The translations under genes and the position numbers were made by a program. Shown here piece after piece: positions 1-14,009 of a stretch of 64,000 nt of DNA. The notes beneath the pieces are model-generated. The model made no database searches. It saw only the letters and a program-made list of their open reading frames with translations, and was not told the DNA's origin. Position 1 is the first letter of the stretch, and every line of letters begins with the position of its first letter. The DNA comes from the human T2T-CHM13v2.0 reference genome, Homo sapiens, in the NCBI RefSeq assembly GCF_009914755.1, contig NC_060937.1. The stretch is one strand, 5' to 3'.

Positions 1-100
1 CCAAATCCTGTCTCTGCTACTTACTAGCTGGGTGACTTTACCCTTGGTCTCTGTGCCTCAGTTTTCTCATCTGTATAACTGAGATAGAATAAAAGTACTG
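1..100 (+). mobile_element. MIR SINE fragment
   Basis: MIR core: aaatcctgtctctgctacttactagctgggtgac...tgtgcctcagttttctcatctgta. Confidence 0.7.
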
Positions 101-759
101 GCTGTGATCTTGAAAAGTAAGACAGATCCCTTCGTAAAGGGAGGAGTTGCAGGGACTGTTCAAAGTAGATAAAGCAGGCGCTCCTGGACCCCAGGGAAAG
201 TTAAGAGTCCTAAGACCAAGAGTAGGGATGGGATTTTGCAGGTTTCCACCAGTAGGAGAGACCAAGTGGTACCCAGATGGGAGACTACAGGGTGCCTGAA
301 CCTGGGACTCTGGTTAGGAACCCGGGGGCCTAGAATTCCAGGGGTAGGTTTGTAGTTGATGGAGCTGATGGCCCTGGTGGGTCGTGTCTGAGTTTGTCTG
401 CAGCCCAACCAAAGCCAGAGGAACAAGCCTTGACCACACACTTGGAGCTAAAGGTATTTTCATTGTGTATTCCCATTCTTTATACTGCCCCTGGAAAATT
501 CATAAATAAATGTTGAGTGAGTGCAGCCACTGTGAACCAAATATCTGGCATTTTCTCCATTATTGTGTTTTTAAGCAACCTCCCCCACCCCCAAATCTAG
601 AAATCTTGAGAAGACAGAAAAGCACAGGAATGACAGAGGATGAATGTCCCACCAACCAAATATGTGGACAGTCAGGAAGATTAAATTTGATTGAGAACAA
701 AAAGGGAAATGTGCTTTTATCTCACTCTACTGTTGTGGACTAAAATCAATACCTGCTGA

Positions 760-1217
760 ATCAGTTATGAACATATTGGTAACAAAACCCCTACTGGTGA
801 CAGAAAATATGGCAGTTTATTCAATCATGACAGAAAAATCTAGAAGTAGACTCTCCAGACTGTCAGTGATACCATCAAGGTCTTCTTTCTGCTCTGCCAT
901 CCTTTGCGTGTAGCTTTTGTCTGCTTTGTTACAAGATGGCAGCCGGTCCCCTAAACCATTTGTCCAGGGAGGAAGAAGGAACAGTGGGCAGGGAAGAAGG
1001 GGTGGTATTTAAATCAGGAAAGCAATCACTTCCCAGAAGCTGTCACTTTATATTTCACTGGCCAGGACTGTGCCACATGCTCATCTTTCTGATGTGTGAT
1101 GATGAAGCTATAATTTTCAGCTGGGCACATGGCCATGCTGAACTAAATTAGTTTCTATTAATGAGATTGAGAGGAAATGGACAGACAGAAGGAGAGCAGC
1201 TAATAGTGTCTGCCACA
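760..1217 (-). mobile_element. Old MaLR LTR (MLT1K/L-like)
   Basis: Ends gtctgccaca (reverse complement TGTGGCAGAC); internal caagatggc and ggccaggactgtgccacatg motifs typical of MLT1J-L. Confidence 0.55.
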
Positions 1218-1346
1218 CACATTTTTCCCAACATCTGAAATCTACCTTTATCTATGTAAGAAAACGTATATCATGTTTAAAGCAAACCACATAGATTTTT
1301 TAAAAATGACAATTTGATTTAAAAATAGAGGGGGCAATTCTACTTA

Positions 1347-1512
<166 letters not shown>

Positions 1513-1759
1513 CATTTGATTTATATAATGTTTTTAATAATGCAAAACCATCTTTAATCTCAAGGAGGCCTAGAGGTAATCTAAGCCAACTCTTTCATGG
1601 CACAGTTGAGAGACTGAGACCTATAGAAATGTCATGTAATTTTCTCAAGTTTCTACAGTTAAGTAGTGGCAGGAAAGAAATTAAAAGTCTTGCAATAATG
1701 GATGGCAAATTTTCAAGAATATCTTTACATTTTAGACTTTGAGTCTGAAAAATAGGTAA

Positions 1760-4037
1760 ATAATAGTAGTTTTCATGCTGCTGATAAAGACATACCCAAG
1801 ACTGGGAAGAAAAAGAGGTTTGATGGATTCATGGATCCACATGGCTGGGCAGGACTCACAATCATGGTGGAAGGCAAGGAAGAGCAAGTCCCATCTTACA
1901 TGGATGGCAGCAGGCAAAGAGAAGAGAGAGCTTGTGCAGGGGAAACTCCCATTTTTAAAACTGTCAGATCTCATGAGACTTATTCACTATCACAAGAACA
2001 GCACGGGAAAGACCCAGTCCCATGATTCAATTACCTCCCACTGGGTCACTCCCACAACATGTGGGAATTCAAGATGAGATTTGGGTGAGGACACAGCCAA
2101 ACCATATAATTCCACCCCTGGCCCCTCCAAATCTCATGTCCTCACATTTCAAAACCAATCATGCCTTCCCAACAGTCCCCCAAAGTCTTAACTCATGTCA
2201 GCATTAACTTAAGAGTCGACAGTCCAATGTCTCACTCAAGACAAGGCAAGTCCCTTCCACCTATGAGCCTGTAGAACCAAAAGCAACTTAGTTACTTCCT
2301 AGATACAATGAGGGTACAGGTATTGGTTAAATACAGATATTCCAACTGGGAGAAATTGGCCCAAACAAAGGGGCTACAGGCCCCATGCAAACCTGAAATC
2401 CAGCTGGTCACTCAAATCTTAATTCTCCAAAATGATCTCCTTTGAGTCTGTGTCTCATTTCCAGGTCACACTGATGCAAGAGATGGGTTCCCATGGTCTT
2501 GGGTAGCTCCGCCCCTGTGGTTTTGCAGGGTACAGCCTCTCTCCCAGCTGCTTTCACAGGCTGGCGTTGATAGTCTGTGGCTTTTCCAGTCACATGGTGC
2601 AAGCTGTCAGTGGATCTACCATTCTGGGGTCTGGAAGATAGTGGCCCTCTGCTCACAGTGCCCACTCCACTAGGCAGTGCCCCAGCAGGGACTCTGTGTG
2701 GGAGCTCTGACCCCAGATTTCCCTTCTGCACTGCTCTAGCAGAGGGTCTCCATGAGATCCCTGCCCCTGCTGCAAACTTTTGCCTGGACATCCAGGCATT
2801 TCCATACATCCTTTGAAATCTAGGCAGAGGTTTCCAAACTCTAATTCCTGACTTCTGTGGACTGGCAGGCTTAATACCATGTGGAAGCTGCCAAGGCTTG
2901 CACCCTCTGAAGCCACAACCCACGTTCTACATTCGCCCCTTTCAGCCATGGCTGAAGCAGCTGGGATGCAGGGCACCAAGTCCCTAGGCTGCACACAGCA
3001 TGGGGACCCTGGACCCAGCCAACAAAACCACTTTTTCCTCCTAGGCCTCTGGGCCTGTGATGGGAGGGGCTGCTGTGAAGAACTCTGACATGCCCTGAGG
3101 ACATTTTCCCCATTGTCTTGAGGATTAACATTCGACTTCTCATTACTTATGCAAATTTCTGCAACCAGCTTGAATTTCTTCTCAGAAAAATGGGATTTTG
3201 TTTTCTATCACATTGTCAGGCTGCAAATTTTCCAAACTTTTATGCTCTGCTTCCCTTATAAACCTGAATGCCTTTAACAGCACCCAAGTCACCTTTTGAA
3301 TGCTTTACTGCTTAGAAATTTCTTCCACCAGATTCCCTAAATCATCTCTCTCAAGTTCAAAGTTCCACAAGTCTCTAGAGCAGGGGCAAAATGCCACCAG
3401 TCTCTTTGCTAAAACATAATGAGAGTCACCTTTGCTCCAGTTTCCAACAAGTTCCTCATTTCCATCTGAAACCACCTCAGTCTGGACTTTATTGTCCATA
3501 TCACTATCAGCATTTTGAGCAAAGCCATTCAACAAGCCTCTAGGAAGTTCCAAACTTTTCCACATATTCCTGTCTTCTTCTGAACCCTCCAAACTGTTCC
3601 AATCTCTGCCTGTTACCCAGTTCCAAAGTTGCTTCCACATTTTCAGGTATCTTTCCAGCAGCACCCCCCTCTACTGGTACCAATTTACTGTATTAGTCCA
3701 TTTTCATGCTGCTGATAAAGACATACCTGAGACTGGGAAGAAAAAGAGGTTTAATGGACTTACAGTTCCACATGACTGGGGAGGCCTTCCCACAATCATA
3801 GTGGAAGGCAAGAAGAAGCAAGTCACGTCTTCCTGGATGGCAGTAGGCAAAGAGAGAGAGCTTGTGCAGGAAAACTCCCATTTTTAAAACTGTCAGATCT
3901 CATGAGACTTATTCACTATCACAAGAACAGCACAGGAAAGACCCAGTCCCATGATTCAATTACCTCCCACTGGGTTCCTCCCACAACATGTGAGAACTGT
4001 GGGAGTTACAATTCAAGATGAGATTTGGGTGGAGACA
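1760..4037 (-). mobile_element. Full THE1 (THE1A/B-type) MaLR element: LTR about 1760-2109, THE1-int 2110-3688, LTR 3689-4037
   Basis: Two direct LTR copies (tttcatgctgctgataaagacatac...gagatttgggtg) flank 1.58 kb of internal sequence; both outer termini are degraded. Confidence 0.93.
3305..3664 (-). pseudogene. THE1-int (MaLR) ORF remnant
   Basis: Translation WNSLEGSEEDRNMWKSLELPRGLLNGF...LVAFCPCSRDLWNFELERDDL is the typical MaLR internal ORF; stops flank it. Confidence 0.75.
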
Positions 4038-4219
4038 TGGAGAGTCTTTAAATGATTAGTTAAATATAATACTAAATGTGATTTATTTTTAACAACTTTG
4101 TAAGGATTATTTCAAAAATAAGTACATAAATAGATAATTCTTTATCAGAACATTTGTACATGATTTTCATCTGAAAGTATGAGAGTAATAAAAAGGGAAG
4201 ACTCTTACAATGGTAAAAT

Positions 4220-4410
4220 ACTAACACTGCTACTTACTAACTACATAATCCATAGGCAAGTTACTCACTCTCTAAGGCTCAATTTTTTCAATTATAAAGA
4301 CGGATGAAACTTTGCTATAAGATTTTTGAGGGGGCTAAATTAAGCAGTGTATAGATAGCATACAGCACAGTGCCTGCTATTTAATATGTTTCTAATAAGT
4401 GGTTGTAGAT
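4220..4410 (+). mobile_element. MIR
   Basis: ctgctacttactaac...ggcaagttactcactctctaaggctcaatttt...agcacagtgcctg. Confidence 0.65.
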
Positions 4411-5319
4411 GTTGTTGTTATCCTCATGGTGTCATCATCATCATTATCATATTCTTGGGGAAAAACTCAGCCCAGTGTTCTTCATATTTCACTACGAGAT
4501 AAAAAGCTGGAATTGTAAGAGTAGATTCAGAAAGAAAAAGAAGATTCTGAGAAGGGATTTCAGAACAACTTCCTCTCTGGAGTAAAGAACAGTTAGGAAA
4601 GAATAACTGGCAGCCTAAAGGTGCCTCTGTAGCTGAGTATACTCCCAGGAAGTCTAGGCAGAGAACCAACATTAAACTCTGCTCCTCTCGGGGCCTGGTG
4701 AGAGCTATGGAATGACCCAGAGAATCCAGAAATTCCTTCTTCTTTATACCAGGGGCTGAGTTTGAGATGTTACGGCTCCCAGAGGTGCCTTAACTGATGG
4801 AAGCCTGTGACTCGTCTGGGGGAAGGCCATCATCACCCATTTGCCCATAGATACCCTTCCAATCCCAGTGGAACCAAAAGGAAACTTACAGGTGGGTCAC
4901 ATGGCTCTCAATCTTTATGACTGTGATCAAAAGAGACCTGCAAGTAAAGAGGCTGCATCTCCAAGCTTCAACAGAGAGCTGTTAGTTTTACCCAGTTTGT
5001 TTATTCATGGCTCACAAGAGTAGCAACTGCTGTGCCTTCTACTACTTATCTACTAGTAGTAAATAGTTGGATCCCAAGAGGATCCCAAGCCCTCTAAAAA
5101 AGAAGCTCACAACCTGGCTTACCTGTTGAGGCAGTAATAATTAAAAACAAATATATATATATACATATATTTAGGCAAAGAAAAAAAAATGCATGTAAGG
5201 GACCCAGCAGCCAGATAGAAACAGACAAAGGAGACTAGAAATATTAGCTGGTTGCTAATATTGATGGAGAACTGGTAGAAAATAAAGAAAATATTTTAAT
5301 TAAAAAGTAATAAGAACTT

Positions 5320-7230
5320 CTCTTTTTGATAATGGCAGGTGGGCCATTAGAGCCGATCTTCCCACTGAAGCAGGAAACATATAATAAATATACACTTGAA
5401 ATATTCAGAAAACGAATAAAACAATGAGGAATTAAAGAGCAAGATCTAGAGAAAACAGAAAAGCCTGCTACGTGAGCCACACATTTAGGGCAGCTTTCTC
5501 TCTAGGGGTGTCTGCTATCATTTAAATATGCAACTGAGAAGATGAGCAGAGTTCTGAGAACCTTGTGGAATAAACAGACAAATGCTGCAGTTCAAGGATT
5601 ACCAAAGAAGGAGAAACTTGTATACTTACAAAAGAAATACACCCTAGGAGTAAGGATGACCTATGAGTAAACTGAACCTCACAGGGACTGAAGCCCAGCG
5701 TTGAGTCATCTTATTTCCTGAAATTAAATCAAGGTGGTCTGGGATGGCTAAAGCCTCTGGTCTCCTGCCAGAGACCAGAAATTATTTCTATATTTTTATA
5801 AGTAAAAACTAGCACTCAATAAAAAAAATCAGGCACACACAAAGACAAGATAATATGAAAAAGGGGGAAATAATGCAGAATAGAAACAGATCACTAGAAA
5901 ACAATGTAACACAGCTGACAAATATTTCTAGTTACATTTTATAAGTTCAAGGAGATAAAAGATGAGAATTTCAGCAGAGAACTGAAATCTGAAAGAAAGA
6001 GAATTCTAGATTTGAAAAAATTAACAAATGAAATTAACTCAATTTATAGGATTAACAGAAGATTAAATGCAAATTAAGAAAGAATTCATGACTTGAAAGA
6101 TAAGAAAGAATAAAGATTCCAAGTTAATTTTATTCCAAGTTAAATTTACTCTGAATGGTCTTACGTAAGTAAACAGACTTCCTTGGGTTTTGAAAATATG
6201 AGGAAACAAGCCACATGAACAAGAGTAAACAAAAATAATAATAAAAAGCTCTATCAGACCACAGTTATTTTATATCACAGAATAATTAAATGAAGAATAT
6301 AAAATAATGTGTTTAAAATATTTAAGGAAATAAAAAGTAATTAAAACCATGAGCTGGTAATTAACATAGTATCATGGAAGAGAAAGATTTGAAAACTAGT
6401 CAAATATAACTCTTCCCCCTATGTACAAAAATCATCATCATTAACATGTAAAAAGCCAATAGAAACCTTAAATTGTAGATAGGACTCAGCTGATTAGAGG
6501 TAAGTAGGGTACTTAAGGATAGAACTGAAGAAATTTTGTAGAAGGTACACAGTGAGAAAAAGAGATAAAAGCAGGAAAGAGCAAGGAAGATCAGAGACAT
6601 GGAGGATAAATTAAAAAATATATATATATACAAAAGACCTAAGTGGAGTTCCAGAAGAAGCAAAAAGAAGTTCAAAGAGGCCATAGTTGAAGAAATAATG
6701 GATGAGAAATTTCTAGAATTAATGAAGGATATGAATTCTTGGATTCAGAAAATATAACTAATCCTATACAGGACAGAGAAAAAGAAATCTACAATTAAAC
6801 TCATCAGAGTAAAACTACAGAATATCAAAGACAAAGGGAACATTTTAAAAAGGAAATAAAGGGAAAAAAAAGACAAATCACCTACACAGGAGCAATAAAC
6901 TGGCAGCTGATTTCTCAACAGTGAGAATGGAAACCAGAAGAAAATAAATCATTTCTAGATACCCTCAAAAATTAAGACAGAGAGAGAGAAAATTTATCAC
7001 CAAAAGTCCCTCAGTAAAAGAAATTCTGGAGTTTATGCTTGGTTAGAAAAAAAAATGATCCTAGAGGAAAGGTCTGCCATACAAAAGAAACGTTGGCAAA
7101 ACATTGGTAAGTGATGACTGAATCTAAATCATTAACTGTGTAAAATAATGAGAAAATGGCTAACATGAGGGATCAAAAATTGAAATTAAAGATTAAACAA
7201 CAATGGCATGAAGTAGAGAAAAATCAGCTT
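5320..7230 (+). mobile_element. Ancient L1 (L1M/L1ME or HAL1-like) 5'/ORF1 region
   Basis: A-rich, degenerate ORF1-like stretches (gaagaaataatggatgagaaatttctagaattaatgaagg; gcagctgatttctcaacag). Confidence 0.55.
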
Positions 7231-7239
7231 GTCTATCTC

Positions 7240-8400
7240 TAATTATTCCTTATCATTATTTCACTGGGATTGCACTAAATGTAGGGTTTATCTTGGCAAG
7301 TATTTAACTTCTTTTCTGTTGTTGTTAATTTTATTTTATTTTAAGTTCTGGGATACATGTGCAGGACATGCAGGTTTGTTACATAGGTAAATGTGTGCCA
7401 TGGTGGTTTGCTGCACCTATCAACCCATCACCTAGGTATGATTAATTTCTTTGTAATATAGCATCTCTTTCTCTCCCATACCTTTTCCTTTGTTCAAGTC
7501 ATTATTTTTATGTACTTCAGGGGTCTTATAAAGTTTTATTTTATAGACATTGCACATTTCTTCTTGAGTTTATTCTAGGAAATTTATCTTGTTATTGCTA
7601 TTATAAATGGGGTCTTCCATAATATCATCCAATTGGTTGTTGACCATATATATAAAAGCTAATTACGTCTTTATATTAATTTGGTAGCAATCATATTTCT
7701 CAATTATCTTATTGTTTATAGTAGTTTTTCAACTGATCTTTAGTTTTCCAAGTTTAAAAATTACATCATATGTAAAAAAAAGATAATTTTACCTCCTCTT
7801 TTCCAATGTATACTTCTCTTGCCTGTTTGTATCAGCTAGTACCTCGGTCTAAACAATGTTAAATAATAGTGGTGCTAGTGAATATTCTCTTATTTCTGAT
7901 CATAATGGAAATGTTTTTAGAATTTGTCCACTAAGTATGATGCTATTTTGCAGACTGAGATGGGCATTTTTTTATCACACTAACGAAGGATCTATGTATT
8001 TCTATTTAATTGAATTTTAAAATAAAGAGTGGATGTCAAACTTTTTGAAATGCCTTTTTAGTGTCTAGAGTAATGATCATTGTACATTCCCAATGCACAT
8101 CTACTAATATGATGAAATACGTTATATTGTGTTTCCCTATACCAAACTAGACATGCACCACTCAAATACATTTCACGTGGCCATGTGTCTTATCTTCTAA
8201 GGTGCTGCTGAATTTTGTTTAATTTTTTAAATTTGGGATAATTGCTTCACTATTCACAATCAAAATGAAAACTTGTAGCTTTATTTTTGTGCAACCTTTT
8301 TCAGTATTTAATGACAACGTTATGTTCACATCATTTAAAAAAATCTTTGGAAGAATTTATTTTTCTAGGGGCTGTAAAAGTTGAAATTTCATGGGAATTA
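7240..8400 (-). mobile_element. Ancient L1 ORF2 (RT region) fragment
   Basis: T-rich antisense L1 motifs (tgttattgctattataaatgggg; aaatgccttttt). Confidence 0.6.
7328..7439 (-). mobile_element. Short L1PA 3'-end insertion (older L1PA) within the ancient L1
   Basis: ttttaagttctgggatacatgtgcaggacatgcaggtttgttacataggtaaatgtgtgccatggtggtttgctgcacc. Confidence 0.85.
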
Positions 8401-8453
8401 TCTACAGTGCCAGATAACACCTTTTTCACTGAAGGAAGAAATTTCCTATTCCT

Positions 8454-8487
<34 letters not shown>

Positions 8488-8489
8488 TC

Positions 8490-8892
8490 CTCCAGGCCAA
8501 ATCTGGAGGAGGCAGACAGCAAAGTGGGATGGAGTAAAGAGGGTGTAAGAAAAAGATAAAGCAGCAAGTGGAAATACAGATGTTGGTAATGCCTTCTCTC
8601 CTCATCTTTGGCTCCTCAGCCTGAAGCAGTTCTGAGCTGGGGGAGGGTAGAACCTTAAACTTTAAGTGAAGTTCAGAATTTGTATTATTAAACTGTCTGC
8701 CTCTTCAAATTGCTGAAGACTATCCTTGTGACTTGAAGTGTTCGAAGACTTTTTATAATCTAGAAGTTACTGGAAAATCTATTGGACTTAAACAAGCACA
8801 TCGAGTAGGTTTGAAAGGACTTCAGGAGGAAACATAAAGTTATTTTATGATTGCACCCTGTTGAGTTCATCTCTTGCTATGTGACAGTTACA
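8490..8892 (+). mobile_element. Ancient LTR (LTR78-like) 3' part
   Basis: Ends ataaagttattttatgattgcaccc...cagttaca, resembling the LTR78 U5 end; preceded by a poly(T) run at 8457-8486. Confidence 0.4.
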
Positions 8893-9649
8893 CCTGCCTA
8901 GGACACTATAAGCAATAATGAATAAAACAGCCCAGCTTGTTTAAAGGAGTACAAAATGAAGGGGAAAAGTCTTGACTTCCTTACAATCATCATCGAACAG
9001 AGCTCTTTCCTCCATTTCCATTTAAATTGTAAACCCTATCTAGAGGAGACTCGCTTATTTCAGAAAGATTTCCCCAATAGTATATCATCTCTCTCAAAAG
9101 AGGGAATCATCCTGTCTCCCAGGAGTCAGATGGCCGATTAAGGGTACGTATTGGTCAAAGTGGTGCCACCACATCAGCCAGGATTGAAGACATCCCTCCA
9201 GAGTGGTTAATATAAAAGCAAAATGACTTTACTCCTAGTATTGCTGTCTGATATTTATAATTCAGCTACACCTTCCGAGGAGCTACCAGAACCACAAAGC
9301 AATACTTCTCTGACCACTGCAATTACTAAGGAGGAGACATTTGATAATTCGGTATCTACAAATATTAAGGAAAGTCAGCTTTGCAGTCGTATATCCTAAG
9401 CTTGTTAAAGAGTATGCTAACCAAATCATCTGCAAGAGTTGGCATGGCCGTTGGGGGAAATTTGTTCATTCTTTCTTTTTTGCAGTTTTTAAAAGGTTTT
9501 CAGATTCACTCATTCATTCATTCCCTTTCATGCTTATTCCTCATTCCCATTCCCCTTTTCTCCCTCAATAAGCAACAATTTACTTGGGATGTATTCATTC
9601 ATTTTTATGTGTTCTAGCAAAGCGTGCGCTATTTTGAGTGGCTATATTT

Positions 9650-10530
9650 TAAATTTCCTTAAATGATATTGTACTATAGAGTTCATTCCACTAATTTTAA
9701 ATTTTTGCTTCTTTCACCAAACACTGAATGTGTTGTCATCCAGTCTGTTGCCTTGAATGGCTGGATGGTAATCCATGGTGTGCCTCCATCACTGCCAGTA
9801 ATAAACAACCAGATTCCCTCCAACTTCTCATCAAAGCCCTGTGATGAAAATCTTCCTATAGCCCTTTATGAGCCTGTGGGATAAGTTCTTTGGGATATAC
9901 ACCAAAAAAGAGGAAATGCTGAGTCGTAAGGTCCATATGCCTAGGTCAAGATCTATGATCTGACTGAGCAGCACCACATTGTGCTCCAGACCAGCTGCAC
10001 CTGCCACCCTCCCACAGGCAGTCGACTGGCATTGCCACTGTCCATATGCCATGCATGTTATACAGCTCTCCAGCTTTTGTCTGATGTAAAAAGTGATAAC
10101 TGGTTGTTATTTTAATCTGCACTTTTAAAATTATGAATATGTTTAAGCATCTTTTTATAAACCCAATAGCCTTTTAGGTAAAAAGCCAGTTCAAATCCTT
10201 TGCCCATTTTTCTATTAGAGTTAATGCCCTTTTCCTTGTTGGTTTATACAGTTCCTTATAAATTCTGAATATTAATCTCTTATTGCTTTAGACATTGCCA
10301 GAACTTTTTTCAAACCCTCATTTGTCTATCTCCTTCACTGAACTGAAAACCTTAATTTTTATGTAACAAATTCATCATTCTTTGTTTGACAATTTTGTTT
10401 TTCTTCTTTGGATTAAGAAATCCTTCAGTGCCTCCATATTATAAATATATTTTACAATGTAGTTTTATTTTTTAACTTTAGGATTATAATTCAACTGGAA
10501 CGTATCCTTTGCATGTCGTATTTGGTAGCA
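9650..10530 (-). mobile_element. Ancient L1 (L1MC/ME) 3' region
   Basis: gggatatacacc...aaatgctgagtc; atcctttgcccatttttctatt. Confidence 0.6.
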
Positions 10531-10539
10531 ATCCAATTT

Positions 10540-11700
10540 ACAAAATCAATATCTTTCCCATATAGAAATAGTAACCAATCAGAAAGTGTAATGAAAAATA
10601 TTATATACATAATAGCAGAGACACAGTAAAATACTCAGAAATGAAAATATAAACATATAAAACCTATATGAAAAAAGATAAAATTTTGTTAAAGTATATT
10701 AAAAAAACTCTTGAATAAATTAAGAGATATACAACGTTCACCAATGAGACAATTCAATATAACAATGATATCTATTCTTCCCATGTTAATTTCTATATTC
10801 AATCCAATTCCAACCAAAATGCCAAGATAGTATTACAAATTGAATTTAATATGGTTGCTTGAATGTTTATTTGAGGGAGAAATATGTGAAAAGGTAGCTG
10901 AGAAAGTTTTGAAAAGTGTTTGCTACATTAGGTATTAAATATACTATAAAAAGTACAGCAATAAAATAAGTGTCATAGTGACATAATTGACCAACAGGAA
11001 AAAAAACCACACACATTTCAGAAACAGACCCATATATATATGTACTAGAATTAATGATTAAGGTGGATCTAAAACTGTATAATTTCTATCTTACTTAAAA
11101 GATGAAATTAAGGCAATTGGCTATATATTTATAAAACTTAAAGTTTTATTTTCTTCTTACATATATAAAACTAAATCTCAGATAGACGGATGAGCTACAC
11201 CAAAAAGAAAACTATTTTTAAAAGTGCTAGAAAGTACATTTTAAAACATAATATTAGGGTGTAGAAGGTCGCCACACCACCCAAATGCCATATAGGAATA
11301 AATGGACAGATTTTACTAAATTAAGAAATTATAAACTTCTATCTAGTAAAAGGAACCACAAAGCTAGATATAGGAAGAAAAAGAGCTATAAGATTAAAAT
11401 ATGAAGTAAAAAAATTAAATGTCCAATTTATAAAAGCTTCTTCTCTTTTCTATGTCAATGAAATAAACAACCCAAGGAAAAAAATACACAGGATATGAAT
11501 TCTCAGAAGAAATAAAGTTGGCCACTAAACATGCAGAAAATTTTCAATCTTTATTATTTAGGGAAATTTAAATTAAAACATTAATAAAATATCATTTTTC
11601 TTTAATCGGATTAGGAATACTATTTGTTAATTCCTCAATGTTGTGGGGAAACAAGCATCCCAAAATTTTTTGGTAGGGATATAAATTGATACTTTGTTTT
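10540..11700 (+). mobile_element. Ancient L1ME ORF2 3' half
   Basis: caaaatcaatatctttc...ttcaatccaattccaaccaaaat...aaataaacaaccc. Confidence 0.6.
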
Positions 11701-11888
11701 TGTTGTTATTTCCACTGACCATACATCTAACTTTCTGTCTCAGTGTAATCTCCCATGGTGTATAATCAAACTGGTAGGTGCACTTGTCTTCTATAATGAA
11801 GTGTAGGGGCCAGATCATAGCCTTAACTAACAGTATTCTCCTCCCTAGATTTCAAATTTTAGGCAAGCATATCTTAGATAAAAGATGT

Positions 11889-12253
11889 TGTTATGGACTA
11901 AATTGTGTCCCCTCCCCACCCCAACCCAGTTTATATGTTGAAGTTCTAAACCCCAATTCTCAGAATGTAACTATATCAGAGATAGGGCCTTTAAAGAAGT
12001 AATTAAGTTAAAATGAGATCATGAGGTTGGGCCCTAATCCAATATGACTGTGTCTTCATAAGAAGAGGAGATTAGGCCACAGACATGAAGACACAGGGAG
12101 AAGACCACCAAGGAAAGAGGCTCAGAAGAAACCAACCCTGCCACACCTTGATCTTGGACTTCTAGTCTCAAGAACTGTGAGAAAGTTAATTTGTGTTGTT
12201 TAAGTCACCCAGCATGTGGTACTATTGCATGGTAGTGCTAACAAACTAATACA
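11889..12253 (+). mobile_element. MLT1B solo LTR
   Basis: Starts tgttatggactaaattgtgtccc, contains gggccctaatccaatatgactg, ends aactaataca. Confidence 0.85.
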
Positions 12254-12276
12254 AAAATGTTGAACTTCATTTGTTA

Positions 12277-12494
12277 CAGAGGCTGGTAAGTTCTGTTAAG
12301 GGCCAGACAGTAAATAGTTTCAGCTTTGGCGGCACAGAATCTCTGTTGCAATAATTCAGCTCTGCCATTGAAGTGTACAAGCAGTCATAAACAACATGTA
12401 GATGAATAGGAGAGTCTTGTTCCAATAAAACTTTATTTATGGAAATAGGTGGAGGGCCAGATTTGATCAAGGAACTGTACTTTGCTGTTCCTTG
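12277..12494. mobile_element. MER58A (hAT-Charlie MITE)
   Basis: ttctgttaagggccagacagtaaatagtttcagcttt...tgttccaataaaactttatttat...ggccagatttg. Confidence 0.8.
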
Positions 12495-12949
12495 ATGTAC
12501 AGTGGCATCGTGCAATTTCCTTCGGGGAAATTGTACATTTAATGGTACAAGTCAAGGCCACATGCAGCTCCACATCTACTGCCAGTATCAGCAATGGCTA
12601 CAGTAGTATCATAATCAAACCATCCCTGCCGCCCAGCCTTTACAGCGCCATTGGTTTTTACTGATTTTTGAAGCTTGTCTCCAGTCAATACTGACTCCTA
12701 CATTTTCTTAGTGGGAGAGAATTTTTTGGAAAATTATTTGTTTAATGTAGCCTGGGCTTTTGTTGCTTCCAACTGAGAGTACAGATTGATACAGAGGGCA
12801 ATTTATGAGCAACTGACAAACTTAAAAAGAAAAAAAAAAGCCCTTTTATCCTTCAATAGAAAAGCAGAAAAGTATCCAAAGAGATTACTTCATGTATGCA
12901 CAATTAACACGTACAGGAATATTCATTACAGCCATTTTGTAATGTCGGC

Positions 12950-14002
12950 ATAGCCCAGGATTTATTTCTTGGCCCTTATCTTTTCTTTGTCTACATTTAT
13001 TCTCTAGGTCTTTTTATTTGGGGACAGAGCCTTAAATATCACCTATATGCTAACAATCTCCACATTTACAATCCAGCCTGGACTTCGCCTATGAATTCCA
13101 GAATTCTATAGGCAACTCTCCACTCAATAGCTCCCTATGGATTGCTAATAGGTTTTCAAACATAACATGCTCTATTTCTCCAGTAAAGGACAATGAGGTC
13201 AGCCTTGATTCCTTTAATCTCACACTCTATATCTGATCTTGTTGGCTCTACTGTTTAAAAGTTTCCAGAATTAGAACACTTCAACTGCTGTCACTGCCAT
13301 CCAAGCCACAATATTCTCTCATCTGGATTATGGCAACAGCCTCCCAACAGATCTTTCTGTTTCTGCCCTTGTTTCCTCCAGTCTGTACTCAACAGCTTGA
13401 TGCCATGAGATTGTGTCCCTTCTTTTCTCAAAACCCCTCAATATCCTTCCATCTAACCCAGAGTTAAAGCCAAAATAGGTACCAGAAGACCCAAGAGATC
13501 TACATGCTCTGACGCCCTACACCTCTTTAACATTATCTTCTACCACTATCCCCCCTGCTCAGGCCATTCCAACCACATTGGCCTCCTTGCTGCTCCACAA
13601 AGCCTTTGCACCTCCCATGCCCTCTGCCTTGAATACTCTTCCTCCAGATATTCACAAGGCTGGTGCTCTTGTTCCTTCAGGTCTTTTATCAAGTGTTACT
13701 TCTCAAAAAGGCCTTACCTGAACACTCTGTCTGAAATTCCTACACTCTGCCCACAATAGTTCCTATCTCTCTTCACTGCTATATTTCTTTCCTCATTATC
13801 TATATAATACACTTTGCCTATTCATCTTGTCTGCCTTCTCCAGGAGACTGTACAAGGGCAGGAAATTTTATCTAGCTTTTGTTTTTTGTTTTTTTTTTTT
13901 TTTTTGCTGTGAATCCCCTGTACCCAGACCAGTATATAGGAGATAGTGAGCACTCAAAAAGTAGTTTCTCTGTAAATAAATGCATGAATTAAAGAAATGA
14001 AA
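12950..14002 (+). mobile_element. L2 (L2a) 3' region
   Basis: tatcacctatatgctaac...ctcatctggattatggcaacagcctcc...tagtgagcactcaaaa...tgaa tail. Confidence 0.75.
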
Positions 14003-14009
14003 GCATTAT

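Noticed and set aside
2408-3664. Long ORFs of 113-171 aa as cellular genes
   Set aside because: All lie in THE1-int and reflect the decayed MaLR ORF or its alternate frames.
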